Of a stretch of 64,000 nucleotides of DNA, positions 28,842-38,709 are shown in pieces. The notes under the pieces were generated by a model. It saw nothing but the letters and a program-made list of their open reading frames with translations, searched no databases and was not told the DNA's origin. Positions within the stretch are counted from its first letter, which is position 1. The number at the start of each line of letters is the position of its first letter. The translations under genes and the position numbers were made by a program. Source of the DNA: an uncultured Acidimicrobiaceae bacterium (lineage in GTDB: Bacteria; Actinomycetota; Acidimicrobiia; Acidimicrobiales; RAAP-2); contig CAWELJ010000014.1 of assembly GCA_963809825.1 (NCBI GenBank), forward strand, positions 49,639-113,638. The letters run 5' to 3'.

Positions 28842-31126
28842 CAGTCCGCGTGGAGGGCGGCGCGCACCTCGTCCGCCCGGTTACCCACGGCAGCGCCGGG
28901 AGTGTCGATCCGTAGCTCGTGCACCGTGCCCGTGAACGGCGCCGGTGGCGTGTAGCGGGTGGACACGGGGAGGCCGATGTCACGTCCGAGCCGGAGCCCG
29001 GCGCCGCCGTGTTGCATCGCCACCGGCAACGCGCCCTCGACGACGGTCCGGTCGGCCTCGCGGTCGTCCACCAGAAGGACCAGACGACCGGGCGCGCCGC
29101 CCTTCCCGAGGTCGCACGCGACGCCGATGTCGTGGCGGCCGGCGGTGAGCGCGGACGGTGCGGCGAGCTCGAGCGCATCGGCCGCCCGGGCGAACGTGAA
29201 GTGAACGACGCCGTCCACCACGTAGAGGGCGAAACCCCCGAACCAGTCGCCGAGCGCGAAGATGACGCCGTCGGCCGGGCCCGGACCGACATCGATGGCC
29301 GCCGTCATGCGGAAGCCCCCGAACAGGAGGGGGATCGACTCGTCGGCCACCGCGCCGCCACCGGGCCGGTAGGTGCGCGACGGTCCGGCCGGCCAGGCCG
29401 GGGGGATGAAGCCGCCGAGGCGATCGACGAGACCGTCGGACACGGGCAGGACGTTGTTCCGCTCGGCCTCGGCGCTCCACAGGTCCGCCAACGTTCGCAC
29501 GCGCGCCGGGTGCTCGTCCGACACGTCGATCGCCTCCGAGAAGTCCACCGTCAGGTCGAAGAGCTCCCAGCGGTCCTCGGTGAAGTTCCGGCTGCCGACC
29601 GCAAGCTCCTCCTCGTCGAGGACGCCGGTGCTGATGTGGTCCGTGGTGGCCTTCCAGCCTTGGTGGTAGATGGAGCGGGAGCCCATCATCTCGAAGTACT
29701 GGGTGTGATGCAGCTCGGCCGCGTCGGGGTCCTCGAGCACCCCGAGCAGGCTGACACCGTCGACGCCCTGTTGGGCCACGCCGTCGACCTCGGCGGGGAT
29801 CTCCAACCCGGCGGCGGCCATGATCGTCGGCATCAGGTCCACGGCGTGCGCGAATTGCGGGCGCACGGCGCCGGGGCGTGCAATCCGACCGCCCCAATGG
29901 ATGATCAGCGGGGTGCGCGTGCCTCCGAGCCAGGTGTAGCGCTTCCAGAGCTTGTGCGGGGTGTTGCCCGCCCAGGCCCAGGCCCACGAGTAGTGGTTGT
30001 AGGTGGTGAAACCTCCCCAGTCGTCGTAGTGGGCGAGGTTGTCGGCCAGCGACTCGCGGACGTGGGCGCTGAACCGGTGCTCGTTGGCGCTGCCGATCTT
30101 CCCCCCCTCGGCGCTGGCACCGTTGTCGGAGAACACCATGACAAGGGTGTTCTCCATGACGCCGAGGCCTTCGAGCGAGGAGACGACGCGGCCGATCTGG
30201 GCGTCGGTGTGGGTCAGGAACCCCGCGAAGACCTCCTGCTGCCGGCTCAGGAGGCGCCGCTCGTCGGCCGAGAGCTCGCTCCACGCCTGCACCCATTCGG
30301 GCCGTGGCGTCAGCACGGTCCCCTCGGGGACGATCCCCGCGTCGACCTGGCGGGCGAACAGCTCCTCCCGCCAGGAGTCCCATCCCTTGTCGAAGACGCC
30401 CCGATAGGGGTCGACCCACTCGGGCGTGACGTGGTGGGGCGCGTGCATGGCGCCCAGGGCGAAGTACAAGAAGAAGGGCTTGCCGGGCGCGGCCTGCTGC
30501 TGGTCCTGCACCATGCGGACGGCTTGGTCGGCCAGGTCTTCGCTGAGGTGGTAGCCCTCTTCGGGCCGCCGGGGCGGGTCGACGTAGTGGTTGTCGCAGA
30601 CCAGGTTCGGGGCCCAGTGGTTGGTGTCGCCCTGCAGGAAGCCGTAGTGGCGCTCGAACCCGAGGCCGAGCGGCCACGAGTCGAAGGGCCCGGCCGCCGA
30701 GCGTTGCCAGCGCGGGGTCAGGTGCCATTTCCCGACGGCCAGCGTCGAGTACCCGGCGTCGCGCAGCAACCGGGGCAGCGCCGTCGCCGTCCTCGGCAGG
30801 CGTGCGTGATAGCCGGGGAACGCCAGGGGGATGTCGGCCAGGAAGCCCATCCCGACCGCATGGTGGTTCCGGCCCGTGAAGAACGATGCCCGGGTCGGCG
30901 AGCACAACGATGTGACGTGGAAACGGTTGAAGGGCGCCCCGCCCGCCGCCAGTGAGTCCAGGTGGGGCGTGCCGATGTCCGAGCCGAATGCGCCCAGGTG
31001 CCCGAACCCCGTGTCGTCGAGCACGATGACCACGACGTTGGGCGCGCCGGCGGGCGGCTTGGGGTCGAGAGGGAAGCGCGGCGTCGACTCGGCGGCGGTG
31101 AAGCCGATCTGCTGGGGCACGTCCAT
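28841..31126 (-). CDS. arylsulfatase (Cys-type, formylglycine-dependent) with a C-terminal lectin-like domain
   Basis: Motifs VVIVLDDTGFG, the CSPTRASFFTGR sulfatase signature and GKWHL. The 761-aa architecture resembles actinobacterial AtsA. Confidence 0.9.
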   Translation of the reverse strand: MDVPQQIGFTAAESTPRFPLDPKPPAGAPNVVVIVLDDTGFGHLGAFGSDIGTPHLDSLAAGGAPFNRFHVTSLCSPTRASFFTGRNHHAVGMGFLADIPLAFPGYHARLPRTATALPRLLRDAGYSTLAVGKWHLTPRWQRSAAGPFDSWPLGLGFERHYGFLQGDTNHWAPNLVCDNHYVDPPRRPEEGYHLSEDLADQAVRMVQDQQQAAPGKPFFLYFALGAMHAPHHVTPEWVDPYRGVFDKGWDSWREELFARQVDAGIVPEGTVLTPRPEWVQAWSELSADERRLLSRQQEVFAGFLTHTDAQIGRVVSSLEGLGVMENTLVMVFSDNGASAEGGKIGSANEHRFSAHVRESLADNLAHYDDWGGFTTYNHYSWAWAWAGNTPHKLWKRYTWLGGTRTPLIIHWGGRIARPGAVRPQFAHAVDLMPTIMAAAGLEIPAEVDGVAQQGVDGVSLLGVLEDPDAAELHHTQYFEMMGSRSIYHQGWKATTDHISTGVLDEEELAVGSRNFTEDRWELFDLTVDFSEAIDVSDEHPARVRTLADLWSAEAERNNVLPVSDGLVDRLGGFIPPAWPAGPSRTYRPGGGAVADESIPLLFGGFRMTAAIDVGPGPADGVIFALGDWFGGFALYVVDGVVHFTFARAADALELAAPSALTAGRHDIGVACDLGKGGAPGRLVLLVDDREADRTVVEGALPVAMQHGGAGLRLGRDIGLPVSTRYTPPAPFTGTVHELRIDTPGAAVGNRADEVRAALHAD

Positions 31127-31186
31127 GTGCCGAGGGTAGACGGTCGACCGCCGGATGCGCCGTGCGCAGGGCTAACGTTGGGCCCG

Positions 31187-31471
31187 ATGCAGGGTCATCT
31201 GCCCGGACCGCCTCAGCCCCACTTCCCCGAGGGACTGGCGCCCTTCATCGGCTACATGGCGACCCGGGAGCCACGCCCCTACGACGACCGGCCGCCCGAG
31301 GAACCGGCCTGGGGGGAGGCCGAGGACGGCGTGCTGGACCTCTTCGCCGACGTGGGGGAGTGGGAGCCGATGCACCGGCCGCTGTTCAAGGCGACGGCCG
31401 TCGTCGTGTCAGTCTCGCTGGCTCTGGCCGCGGTGAGCACGGTCCTCGAGGTGCTCCTCACCGCTCACTGA
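31187..31471 (+). CDS. small tail-anchored membrane protein (94 aa), hypothetical
   Basis: High GC3, an acidic/Pro-rich N-terminal part, and a C-terminal TM (AVVVSVSLALAAVSTVLEVLL). The RBS is weak and the start uncertain. Confidence 0.4.
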   Translation: MQGHLPGPPQPHFPEGLAPFIGYMATREPRPYDDRPPEEPAWGEAEDGVLDLFADVGEWEPMHRPLFKATAVVVSVSLALAAVSTVLEVLLTAH

Positions 31472-33057
31472 CGGCGCCGGCGCCGCACCAGCGTCCAGGT
31501 CGCGACGCCCACGACGACGAGAGCACCGGCGATCGCGGGTGCGATGGCCCAGGCGTCCGAGCTCCCGCCGGGTGCGGGTGCGGGTGCCGGTGCCGTCGTC
31601 GTGCTGGCCGGCACCGTGGTCGTGGGGTGGGCCACCGTGGAGGACGTGGGGCTCGATGGCGGTGTGGCGGCGGGAGCCGAGAACGCCACCACGCGGTTGG
31701 CGCCGGTCGCCACGAGGAGCCCGGCCCCCACCGACGGCGTCGGGAAGTGGTTGGCCGGCACGCCGACGGTGGCGTGTAGCCGGACGGAGCCGGTGGACGA
31801 GTCGAGGCCGTAGAGGACGCCGTCCTGGCCGATGGTCCACACCAGGCCGTCGGCGACGATGGGTGGGCCGCCGCCGACGGGCGCCCTCCAGAGGAGGCGC
31901 AGCGCCTGAGGGGACGCCGACGCCCGCACGGCGATCGTGCCGCTCAGGCAGGGCAGGTAGACGGTGGAGCCCACCACGGCGACCCCGCCGTCGATGTCGT
32001 CGGGACAGGCGCCCGGCAGTGCATCCTCCTGGCCGCCGATGCCGCCCAGCCTGGCACCGTCGAGAAGGTAGGCCACGCCGGACTTGCCGGCGGCCACCAC
32101 CTGCCCGTCGGGCAGCAGCGCCGGCGCCGTGGAGAGGTCCAGGTCGGTCGCGTTGTTGCGGGCCCATTCCGACGGGGCGAAGTACTGCAGCAGGTGCAAC
32201 GAGGGCGAGAGCTCGAGCACCGAGTCGCTGTTGTCGTAGGCCTGGCCGGCCGACGCGACCGAGCCGTTGCCGGCCGTGACCCAGATGTTGCCCCCGGCAT
32301 CGACCACGGGGGCGGCGCCGCCCATCCAGATCGCGCCGCGGCTCTCGCCGTCGGCGGCGTCGACATCGAACGTCGTTGCGACGCCACCCGTCTCGGGCAC
32401 CGAGATCACCCAGCCCCGGTACGACCCGCAGTCGCCGTAGTTCCCGCCGAAGCCGAAGACGACACGTCCCGCGTCGAGCGTCAGGCCCGTGCGTTGCAGC
32501 AGCGCCGCCGCGGTCGATCCCCTCGGGTCGACGCCCTGGGTGAGCTCCGTCCTGCCCGTCGCCGTGCTCAGCCCGACGAGCTCATGGGTCGGACTCCCGT
32601 TGACGAGCTCGTCGGCGACGACGAAGAGCTCCGAACGGGCCTCGTCGATGACCGGCGTGCCGGTTATCCCGACGCTCGGGGCGATGTTGCCGCAGGGGAG
32701 CGACCCCGAGGGGACGGGCGTGCCGACGTGGCTCGACCATTCCACCGTGCCGTCCCTGGCGGAAAGCGCGTACACCGTGTCGTTCTGGGTCGCGACGAAG
32801 ATCCGACCGCCCGAGACCAACGGCTCGCCGTAGAGTTGGCCGTCGAGAGACGGCGACGTCCAGGCCCGCGAGGACAGGGTGACGGAGGAAACGGCCGCGG
32901 CGACGCCGCCTCCCGCCGTGCTCCCGTGGTAGACGGTCCACGACGGCGTGGCGGGCACCACCGTCGTTGCGGCTATCGCCGGGGCGCTCCCCGCCAAGGT
33001 GATCCACACGAGCGCCGCCCCGACGACGCCAGGGCGTGTCGCCCTGGTCCACCTCAT
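31465..33057 (-). CDS. PQQ-like/BamB-like beta-propeller repeat protein, secreted and C-terminally membrane-anchored
   Basis: Signal peptide, repeated propeller blades (GRIFVATQNDTVYALSARDGTVEW, GLVWTIGQDGVLYGLDSSTG), a Pro/Thr/Ala linker, a C-terminal TM and an RRRRRQ stop-transfer. Confidence 0.8.
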   Translation of the reverse strand: MRWTRATRPGVVGAALVWITLAGSAPAIAATTVVPATPSWTVYHGSTAGGGVAAAVSSVTLSSRAWTSPSLDGQLYGEPLVSGGRIFVATQNDTVYALSARDGTVEWSSHVGTPVPSGSLPCGNIAPSVGITGTPVIDEARSELFVVADELVNGSPTHELVGLSTATGRTELTQGVDPRGSTAAALLQRTGLTLDAGRVVFGFGGNYGDCGSYRGWVISVPETGGVATTFDVDAADGESRGAIWMGGAAPVVDAGGNIWVTAGNGSVASAGQAYDNSDSVLELSPSLHLLQYFAPSEWARNNATDLDLSTAPALLPDGQVVAAGKSGVAYLLDGARLGGIGGQEDALPGACPDDIDGGVAVVGSTVYLPCLSGTIAVRASASPQALRLLWRAPVGGGPPIVADGLVWTIGQDGVLYGLDSSTGSVRLHATVGVPANHFPTPSVGAGLLVATGANRVVAFSAPAATPPSSPTSSTVAHPTTTVPASTTTAPAPAPAPGGSSDAWAIAPAIAGALVVVGVATWTLVRRRRRQ

Positions 33058-33088
33058 TCCGGGGTCGGCCTCGGCCGCAGCAGCGGCG

Positions 33089-34387
33089 TCAGCCTCCGGC
33101 GCCCGAGCGGCCGCGGCGCCGGAGCGTGGCGTCGACGGCGACGGCCACGAGGAGGACGACAGCTGTGGCGACGTCTGTTCCGGCGGTGGTGATGTTGAGG
33201 AGGGCGAGGCCGTTGTTGAGGGTCGCGATCACGAGACCACCGAGCAAGGGGTGGATGGGTTTGCCGTAGCCCCCGAAGAGGCTGGCCCCACCGATGACGG
33301 CCGCGGCGACCGCGTAGAGCACGTACGTGCCGCCGTCGAAGCCGATCGTGATGGAGCCGAGGCGGGATGCGTAGACCACGGCTGCCAGTCCGGCGGTCAA
33401 GCTGCAGAGTGCGAACGCGATGGTCCGGATCCGAGCCACGTGGATACCGGCCCGGCGCGCCGCCTCGGGGCTCGCCCCGATGGCGTACATGTAGCGCCCG
33501 AGCCGCGTGCGGGCGAGCAGGAACGAGTGGGCGACCAGTATGACCAGCACGAACGGAATGACCCAGGGGACCCCGCTGACAGGGGCGGCCGCGATGCCTC
33601 GGTTGCGGTTGCAGATGTAGACCAGCACGGCGCCGGCGACGGTGACCGCGCCGAGAGTGAGGAACGTGATGCTGAGCGGAGGCGTGGTGAGCCCTTGGAC
33701 GCGGCGCCGCGAGGCGCGGATGACCGTGATGATCGCGTAGGCGCCGACGAGCACCAAGAGGAGGATCCATCCCGCCGCAGGGGTCATTGTCCCACTGACG
33801 AGGTCGTTGATGTAGTTGTTGGTGATCGTGATCACGCCGCCGACGGCACCCTTGTCGGAGTCAAAGACGTAAATCAGGACGCCCTGCCAACCGAGCAGGC
33901 CAGCAAGGGTCACCACGAACGACGGGATCCTCAGCCGAGTGATGATGGTGCCCTGAAAGGCACCGATGAGGGCGCACGCGGCCAGGCCGACGATGAGCCC
34001 GGCCCACCAGACCCAGTTCTGCGGTGCAGTGATCAGAGCCATGGCGATGGACGCGCCGACGGCCCCCACGAATCCGACCGAGAGATCGATCTCACTCAGG
34101 ATCAGCGCGTACAGCTCGGCCATTCCCAGCAGGATGATGAAGGTCGACTGCACGAAGAGGTTGACGATGTTGGTCGATGTCAGGAACGCGCTCGACTTGG
34201 CTGAGAAGAAGATGCTGATGACGAGGAGCCCGATGATGATGGGCAACGCGCCACTCTCGCCCCCGCGGATCCGCTTCCACCACGCCCGCACGTAGTCAGG
34301 GAGCGATTCCGCCAGGACGTCCGGCGCCAGGACGACGAGCTCGTCGGGTGCGATGGCGCTGTCGGGGGTGCTGGCCGTCTCGGTCAT
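33089..34387 (-). CDS. sugar ABC transporter permease (CUT2, XylH-like)
   Basis: 432 aa and polytopic. CUT2 permease blocks include GRYMYAIGASPEAARRAGI. Confidence 0.9.
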   Translation of the reverse strand: MTETASTPDSAIAPDELVVLAPDVLAESLPDYVRAWWKRIRGGESGALPIIIGLLVISIFFSAKSSAFLTSTNIVNLFVQSTFIILLGMAELYALILSEIDLSVGFVGAVGASIAMALITAPQNWVWWAGLIVGLAACALIGAFQGTIITRLRIPSFVVTLAGLLGWQGVLIYVFDSDKGAVGGVITITNNYINDLVSGTMTPAAGWILLLVLVGAYAIITVIRASRRRVQGLTTPPLSITFLTLGAVTVAGAVLVYICNRNRGIAAAPVSGVPWVIPFVLVILVAHSFLLARTRLGRYMYAIGASPEAARRAGIHVARIRTIAFALCSLTAGLAAVVYASRLGSITIGFDGGTYVLYAVAAAVIGGASLFGGYGKPIHPLLGGLVIATLNNGLALLNITTAGTDVATAVVLLVAVAVDATLRRRGRSGAGG

Positions 34388-34394
34388 CGGTGCG

Positions 34395-35189
34395 TCACCG
34401 AGCGGCTTCCGCTCGGGTCGACTGACCCGTGGTCATGTATTCCACGATGACCTGGCGGTCGAACTCCTCGGCGGGGCCGGACGCGACCATCTGGCCCAGG
34501 TACAGAATTGAGACCTGGTCGGCCACGGCGAAGACGTCGTTGAGGTTGTGAGATATGAGGATGACCGCCGTGCCCTGGCTGGAGAGATGTTCGATCAACT
34601 CGAGCACCATCTTCGTCTGCGCCACGCCGAGGGCGGCGGTCGGCTCGTCCATGATCACGAGCTTGGCGGCCTGCATGACGGCCTTGGCGACCGCAACGGA
34701 CTGGCGCTGGCCGCCGGACAGCGATGCGACCGGCTGGCGTATGGAGCGGATGGTCGTGACGTGGAGATCGGCCAGGGTCTGGCGCGCCGCCAGCTCCATG
34801 AAGGACTCGTCGAGCAGTCCGTGGCGTCGCTTCTCGTGCCCGAGGAACATGTTCTGGACGATGTCGAGGTTGTCGCACAGCGCCAGGTCCTGGTAGATCG
34901 TCGTGATCCCGTGCGCCTCGGCGTCGTTGGGCGTGTGGAAGCGTACGTGTTGACCTTCCCAGAGGATCTCCCCTTCAGACGGCTCCCACAAACCCGAGAT
35001 CGTCTTGATGAGCACGGACTTGCCAGCGCCATTGTCGCCGGCCAGCGCAGTGACCTTGCCGGCCGGGACGGTGAAATTGACCCCGCTGAGCGCACGGACG
35101 GGTCCGAAGACCTTGCTCACTCCCCGCAGTTCGAGCAGTGGTGCCCCGTCGGCCATGTTGTCCCCTATCACGCTGCCACCGTTGAGCAT
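34395..35189 (-). CDS. sugar ABC transporter ATP-binding protein (single NBD)
   Basis: Walker A GDNGAGKS, signature LSGGQRQ, Walker B LVIMDEPTAAL. An alternative start lies at the internal ATG (MADGAPLLEL). Confidence 0.9.
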   Translation of the reverse strand: MLNGGSVIGDNMADGAPLLELRGVSKVFGPVRALSGVNFTVPAGKVTALAGDNGAGKSVLIKTISGLWEPSEGEILWEGQHVRFHTPNDAEAHGITTIYQDLALCDNLDIVQNMFLGHEKRRHGLLDESFMELAARQTLADLHVTTIRSIRQPVASLSGGQRQSVAVAKAVMQAAKLVIMDEPTAALGVAQTKMVLELIEHLSSQGTAVILISHNLNDVFAVADQVSILYLGQMVASGPAEEFDRQVIVEYMTTGQSTRAEAAR

Positions 35190-35291
35190 GGACCTCCCAT
35201 GACCGACCCCCCGTCGAGGACGGGGGGTCGGTCTGGAAGCACTTCAATGGGATCGACACTACCCAGCCGGGCAGCGCGATCCAATGATTGC

Positions 35292-36488
35292 TTACGGCGT
35301 GATGCCCGCCGCGCTGCAAGAAGCGGCGTACGAGCCGGCGCAGAGTTGCGACGCCGGCACGAAGTTGTCCTTGACCACCGTGGCGTTCATGTTCTTCGGC
35401 GTGACCCACTTCGGCGACATGAGCACGGAGGGGACGCTCACGTTGGCCGTGGTGTCCTTGGTGGTGCCGTTGACCAGTGACGCCGGGGGCTTGGATCCGG
35501 CACGCAGGTACAGCGCCAGCGCCACCGCGGCCTGCGCCTCGAGGTAGATCGGCTTGTACACCGTGCCGCACTGGTAGCCGGAGAGCACGTTCTGCAGGCC
35601 CGTCAGCTGGGCGTCCTGCCCCGTGGTCGGGAAGGTCTTCGGCTTGACGTGGAGCGACTTCAGGTACGTGATGATGGCGGCAGCGTTCGCGTCGTTGGGG
35701 ATCAGCGCCGCGTTGGTACTCGGGTGCGCCGTGTAGACGGCCTGGAACTCGGTCTCTGACGTCGGCGCGTCCCATGACCCGGCCGTGTGCGCGACCGCGA
35801 CCCACTTCTTGCTCTTGAACAGCGGGTTGAGCACCGAATCGGAGCCCTGAGCGAACAGCGTGGCGTTGTTGTCGGTCACTGCACCGTGCATGACCACGAC
35901 CTGCGGCTTCTTGACGTGCCAGGCGGCGACGCAGCTCACGAGGCCCGCACCCTGCAGCTTGCCGACCGTCACGTTGTTGAAGCTGACGTAGTAGGCACGG
36001 CTGCCGCCGAGGGTGAGGCGGTCGTAGTCGATGACCTTGACCCCACGCGACTTCGCGTACGACTCGATCTGCGCGCCGACGCCGGAGTCGAGCGGGTCGA
36101 CCAGCAGTACGGTGGCGCCGTTCGAGATGTCAGTCTGGGCGTCGGTCAGCTGGGTGGCGTCGCTCCCGAGGGCGTTCTGCACGACGTACTGGGACGAGCT
36201 CAGCCCGGCTGTCGTCAGCGCCTTGATGATGTCAGGCTGGTCGAACTCGACATAGCGGGTCGAGCTGACGGTGTCGGGCAGGATCGCGGCGACCTTCCCG
36301 TGGCCGGACGCAGCCAGACCCTTGAACGCCTTCATGGCGGTGAAGCTGTTGGTGAATGAACTCGTCGAGATGTTGGACGGCCCGCTGGCACGTACCGAGG
36401 CCGAAGCCCCCCCGTACACAGCGGCGACCAGCATCGACGACACGGCGAGGGAGAGCCCCCCGAGCATGCCTGCCCTGCGGAATCGCAC
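35292..36488 (-). CDS. sugar ABC transporter substrate-binding protein (periplasmic-binding-protein type I, XylF-like)
   Basis: AAGGAG RBS then GTG, a signal peptide, and type I PBP blocks (VAAILPDTVSSTRY, VKVIDYDR). Confidence 0.88.
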   Translation of the reverse strand: MRFRRAGMLGGLSLAVSSMLVAAVYGGASASVRASGPSNISTSSFTNSFTAMKAFKGLAASGHGKVAAILPDTVSSTRYVEFDQPDIIKALTTAGLSSSQYVVQNALGSDATQLTDAQTDISNGATVLLVDPLDSGVGAQIESYAKSRGVKVIDYDRLTLGGSRAYYVSFNNVTVGKLQGAGLVSCVAAWHVKKPQVVVMHGAVTDNNATLFAQGSDSVLNPLFKSKKWVAVAHTAGSWDAPTSETEFQAVYTAHPSTNAALIPNDANAAAIITYLKSLHVKPKTFPTTGQDAQLTGLQNVLSGYQCGTVYKPIYLEAQAAVALALYLRAGSKPPASLVNGTTKDTTANVSVPSVLMSPKWVTPKNMNATVVKDNFVPASQLCAGSYAASCSAAGITP

Positions 36489-36670
36489 GTTGTCTCCTTA
36501 TTGGTTGTGGCCCCACCCCGTGAAGCGGGCCCCCGTTGCTGCCGTCATCCCCCAACGGGGGTGGCTGTATTGCAGTTTCGTTTCAACTTCTTGAACCTTA
36601 TAGAGGAGAAGGTCCCATTGCTGGGCATGGCCTGTGACAGGGCGACCCCGTTACGGGCAGTGGGCGTCGA

Positions 36671-37621
36671 TCAGGAGGCGGTCGCGGCGGCCCACGCGGC
36701 GGCACCGGCGAGGCCCGCGTCGTCTCCTAGGGCTGCCGGCAGGATGGCCAGGTCGCTCGGGTGGTGTTCGGGACGGCTCAGCACCGTCTCACGGAGCGAG
36801 GCGAAGAACTCCTCCCGCCGTCCGAGCCCGCCCCCGATGACCACGAGGCTCGGGTAGAACGACATGACGAGGTTCGACACGCCCGCGGCGCAGGCGTCGA
36901 TGGCGCTCTGCCAGATCGCGATCGCCCTGGCGTCGCCCGCGGCCGCCGCAGCCGCCACCTCTTGCGCGTTGCGGGCGGTCACCCCGGCCTCGTGGGCGAT
37001 GCGGGCCACGCCGCTGCCCGACCCGAGTTCCTCGAGCGTGCACGGCGACCGCTCCCGCCAGGCCTGCCAGTCGATGACGGTGTGGCCGACCTCGGCCAGC
37101 GACCGCCTCCCTCGCAGCAGACGTCCGCCGAGCACGACTCCGGCCCCGATCCCCGTCGAGATGGTGAGGTAGGCGACGTCCGCGGTCCCCGCGCCGGCGC
37201 CGAACGCGGCCTCACCGACCGCCGCCAGGTCGGCGTCGTTGGCGATGTGCGCGGTCATGCCCAATTGGTGCGACAGCTCGTCCCTCGAGAGCCGTTCCGG
37301 CCACCCCTCGGGGAGGTGCGGGGCCCACATCAGGCGCCCGTGCTCGTAGTCGACCCCCCCGGGCAGGCCGACGACCGCATGGGACACCGGGCCGTGCGCG
37401 CGTTCGGCGCCGACCTCCCTGATGAGCTCGATCAGCGCTCCCGGCACGTCCGCATCCCCCGGCGTGGCGGACGACCGGCGGAGCAGGACGTCTCCTTGCG
37501 GCCCGACCAGCGCAGCCCGCATCTGTGTGCCGCCCACGTCGGCCGCAAGGACAGGCTGTGGCGTCACCGTGCATTCCCCATGACCCTCAGTATTCCGCGG
37601 GGACGAGCGGGCCACCACCAC
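36671..37621 (-). CDS. ROK-family protein (sugar kinase type, no HTH)
   Basis: Motifs AADVGGTQMR, ANDADLAAVGE and ISTGIGAG. The usual CxCGxxGC zinc motif is not visible after the conserved His. An alternative GTG start lies at 37567. Confidence 0.8.
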   Translation of the reverse strand: MVVARSSPRNTEGHGECTVTPQPVLAADVGGTQMRAALVGPQGDVLLRRSSATPGDADVPGALIELIREVGAERAHGPVSHAVVGLPGGVDYEHGRLMWAPHLPEGWPERLSRDELSHQLGMTAHIANDADLAAVGEAAFGAGAGTADVAYLTISTGIGAGVVLGGRLLRGRRSLAEVGHTVIDWQAWRERSPCTLEELGSGSGVARIAHEAGVTARNAQEVAAAAAAGDARAIAIWQSAIDACAAGVSNLVMSFYPSLVVIGGGLGRREEFFASLRETVLSRPEHHPSDLAILPAALGDDAGLAGAAAWAAATAS

Positions 37622-37634
37622 CGGGTGGCGGTGG

Positions 37635-38633
37635 TCACCAGGTGGTGACGGCGTAGGTGTCGGGCGCTCCCTTCAGGTGCGTCAGCAGCTCGCTCTCGTG
37701 CAGAAGCCCCGTCTGGGAGCCGACCTCCTGCACGACGCTCATGGCGTTCACCGGCGCCCAGATCAGCGCCGTCTCGAGCGGGTGGCCCTTGACCAGTGCG
37801 GCAACGAGCGCGGAGGAGAACGCGTCCCCCGCACCGGTCCGTTCCTTCGGCGGGGAGGGATCCGGGAACGACGGGACGCGATAGCGCTTCGACCCGTCCG
37901 AGGCGTAGGCGCCGTCGGGCCCGTCGGTCACGACCACGATCCGTGGCCCGAGACGGTGCAGGGACTCGAGGATCTCGGACAGCTGGCCGTGATCCCCGCC
38001 CCCGATCTCGACCGCCTCTTCGCGGTTGCAGATCAGGAGGTCGGCTCTGCGGTACAAGCCCCGCATGGCTGCGACGCCCTGGGCGATCTGGAACGTCCCG
38101 GGTTGGAACGCGAAGGAGACGCCGGGTTCGGCGTCGAGCCAGGCCACGAGCCGGTCGTAGTACTCGGCGGCGTCCGACCCGACCGAGCTCAGGTAGAGCC
38201 AGCGCGGCACTTCACGGGGGCTGAGGTGCGGCCAGTGGTAGTCGTACAGCTCGTGGCGCACCAGGATGGTGCGGTCCTGCCCGAACCAGAGGACGAAGTT
38301 CCGGTTGCTCGGCTGCGTGGGGTCGAACCGCACCAGGTGGGTGTCGATCCCCTCGTGCTCCAGCGCGGACTGCATGGTGCGGCCGATGTCATCGGTCCCA
38401 ACATGGGCCGCGATCGCCGTCGTGAGACCCAGCCGGGAGAACCCGACCGCGGCATTGGCCGCGTTCCCGCCCGCCTCGACCGTCAGCGCGTACTCGAAAG
38501 GGACCTTGCCGCCGAAGGGCAGGTCCATCCAGTGCCCCCTGTCGTCCGCCCAGATCCGGATGTGCGCATCCGACAGCCTGATGAACACGTCGGTTGCGGT
38601 GTCGCCCACGCTCAGGACGTCATAGTGCGCCAT
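37635..38633 (-). CDS. PfkB-family carbohydrate kinase
   Basis: Motifs GGNAANAAVG and the C-terminal TGAGDAFSSA, 332 aa. Confidence 0.9.
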   Translation of the reverse strand: MAHYDVLSVGDTATDVFIRLSDAHIRIWADDRGHWMDLPFGGKVPFEYALTVEAGGNAANAAVGFSRLGLTTAIAAHVGTDDIGRTMQSALEHEGIDTHLVRFDPTQPSNRNFVLWFGQDRTILVRHELYDYHWPHLSPREVPRWLYLSSVGSDAAEYYDRLVAWLDAEPGVSFAFQPGTFQIAQGVAAMRGLYRRADLLICNREEAVEIGGGDHGQLSEILESLHRLGPRIVVVTDGPDGAYASDGSKRYRVPSFPDPSPPKERTGAGDAFSSALVAALVKGHPLETALIWAPVNAMSVVQEVGSQTGLLHESELLTHLKGAPDTYAVTTW

Positions 38634-38709
38634 GGGGATATGTCACCCCGGATCGGGCGGATCCGACAGGGCATTAGGTCACGACGCCGAGGCCACGGGA
38701 CCAATTGCC

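Noticed and set aside
31571-31594. Short tandem repeat GGTGCG GGTGCG GGTGCC GGTGCC
   Set aside because: It lies inside the beta-propeller gene and encodes the (Ala-Pro)n part of its Pro/Thr/Ala linker. It is a simple low-complexity coding repeat, not a CRISPR or regulatory repeat.
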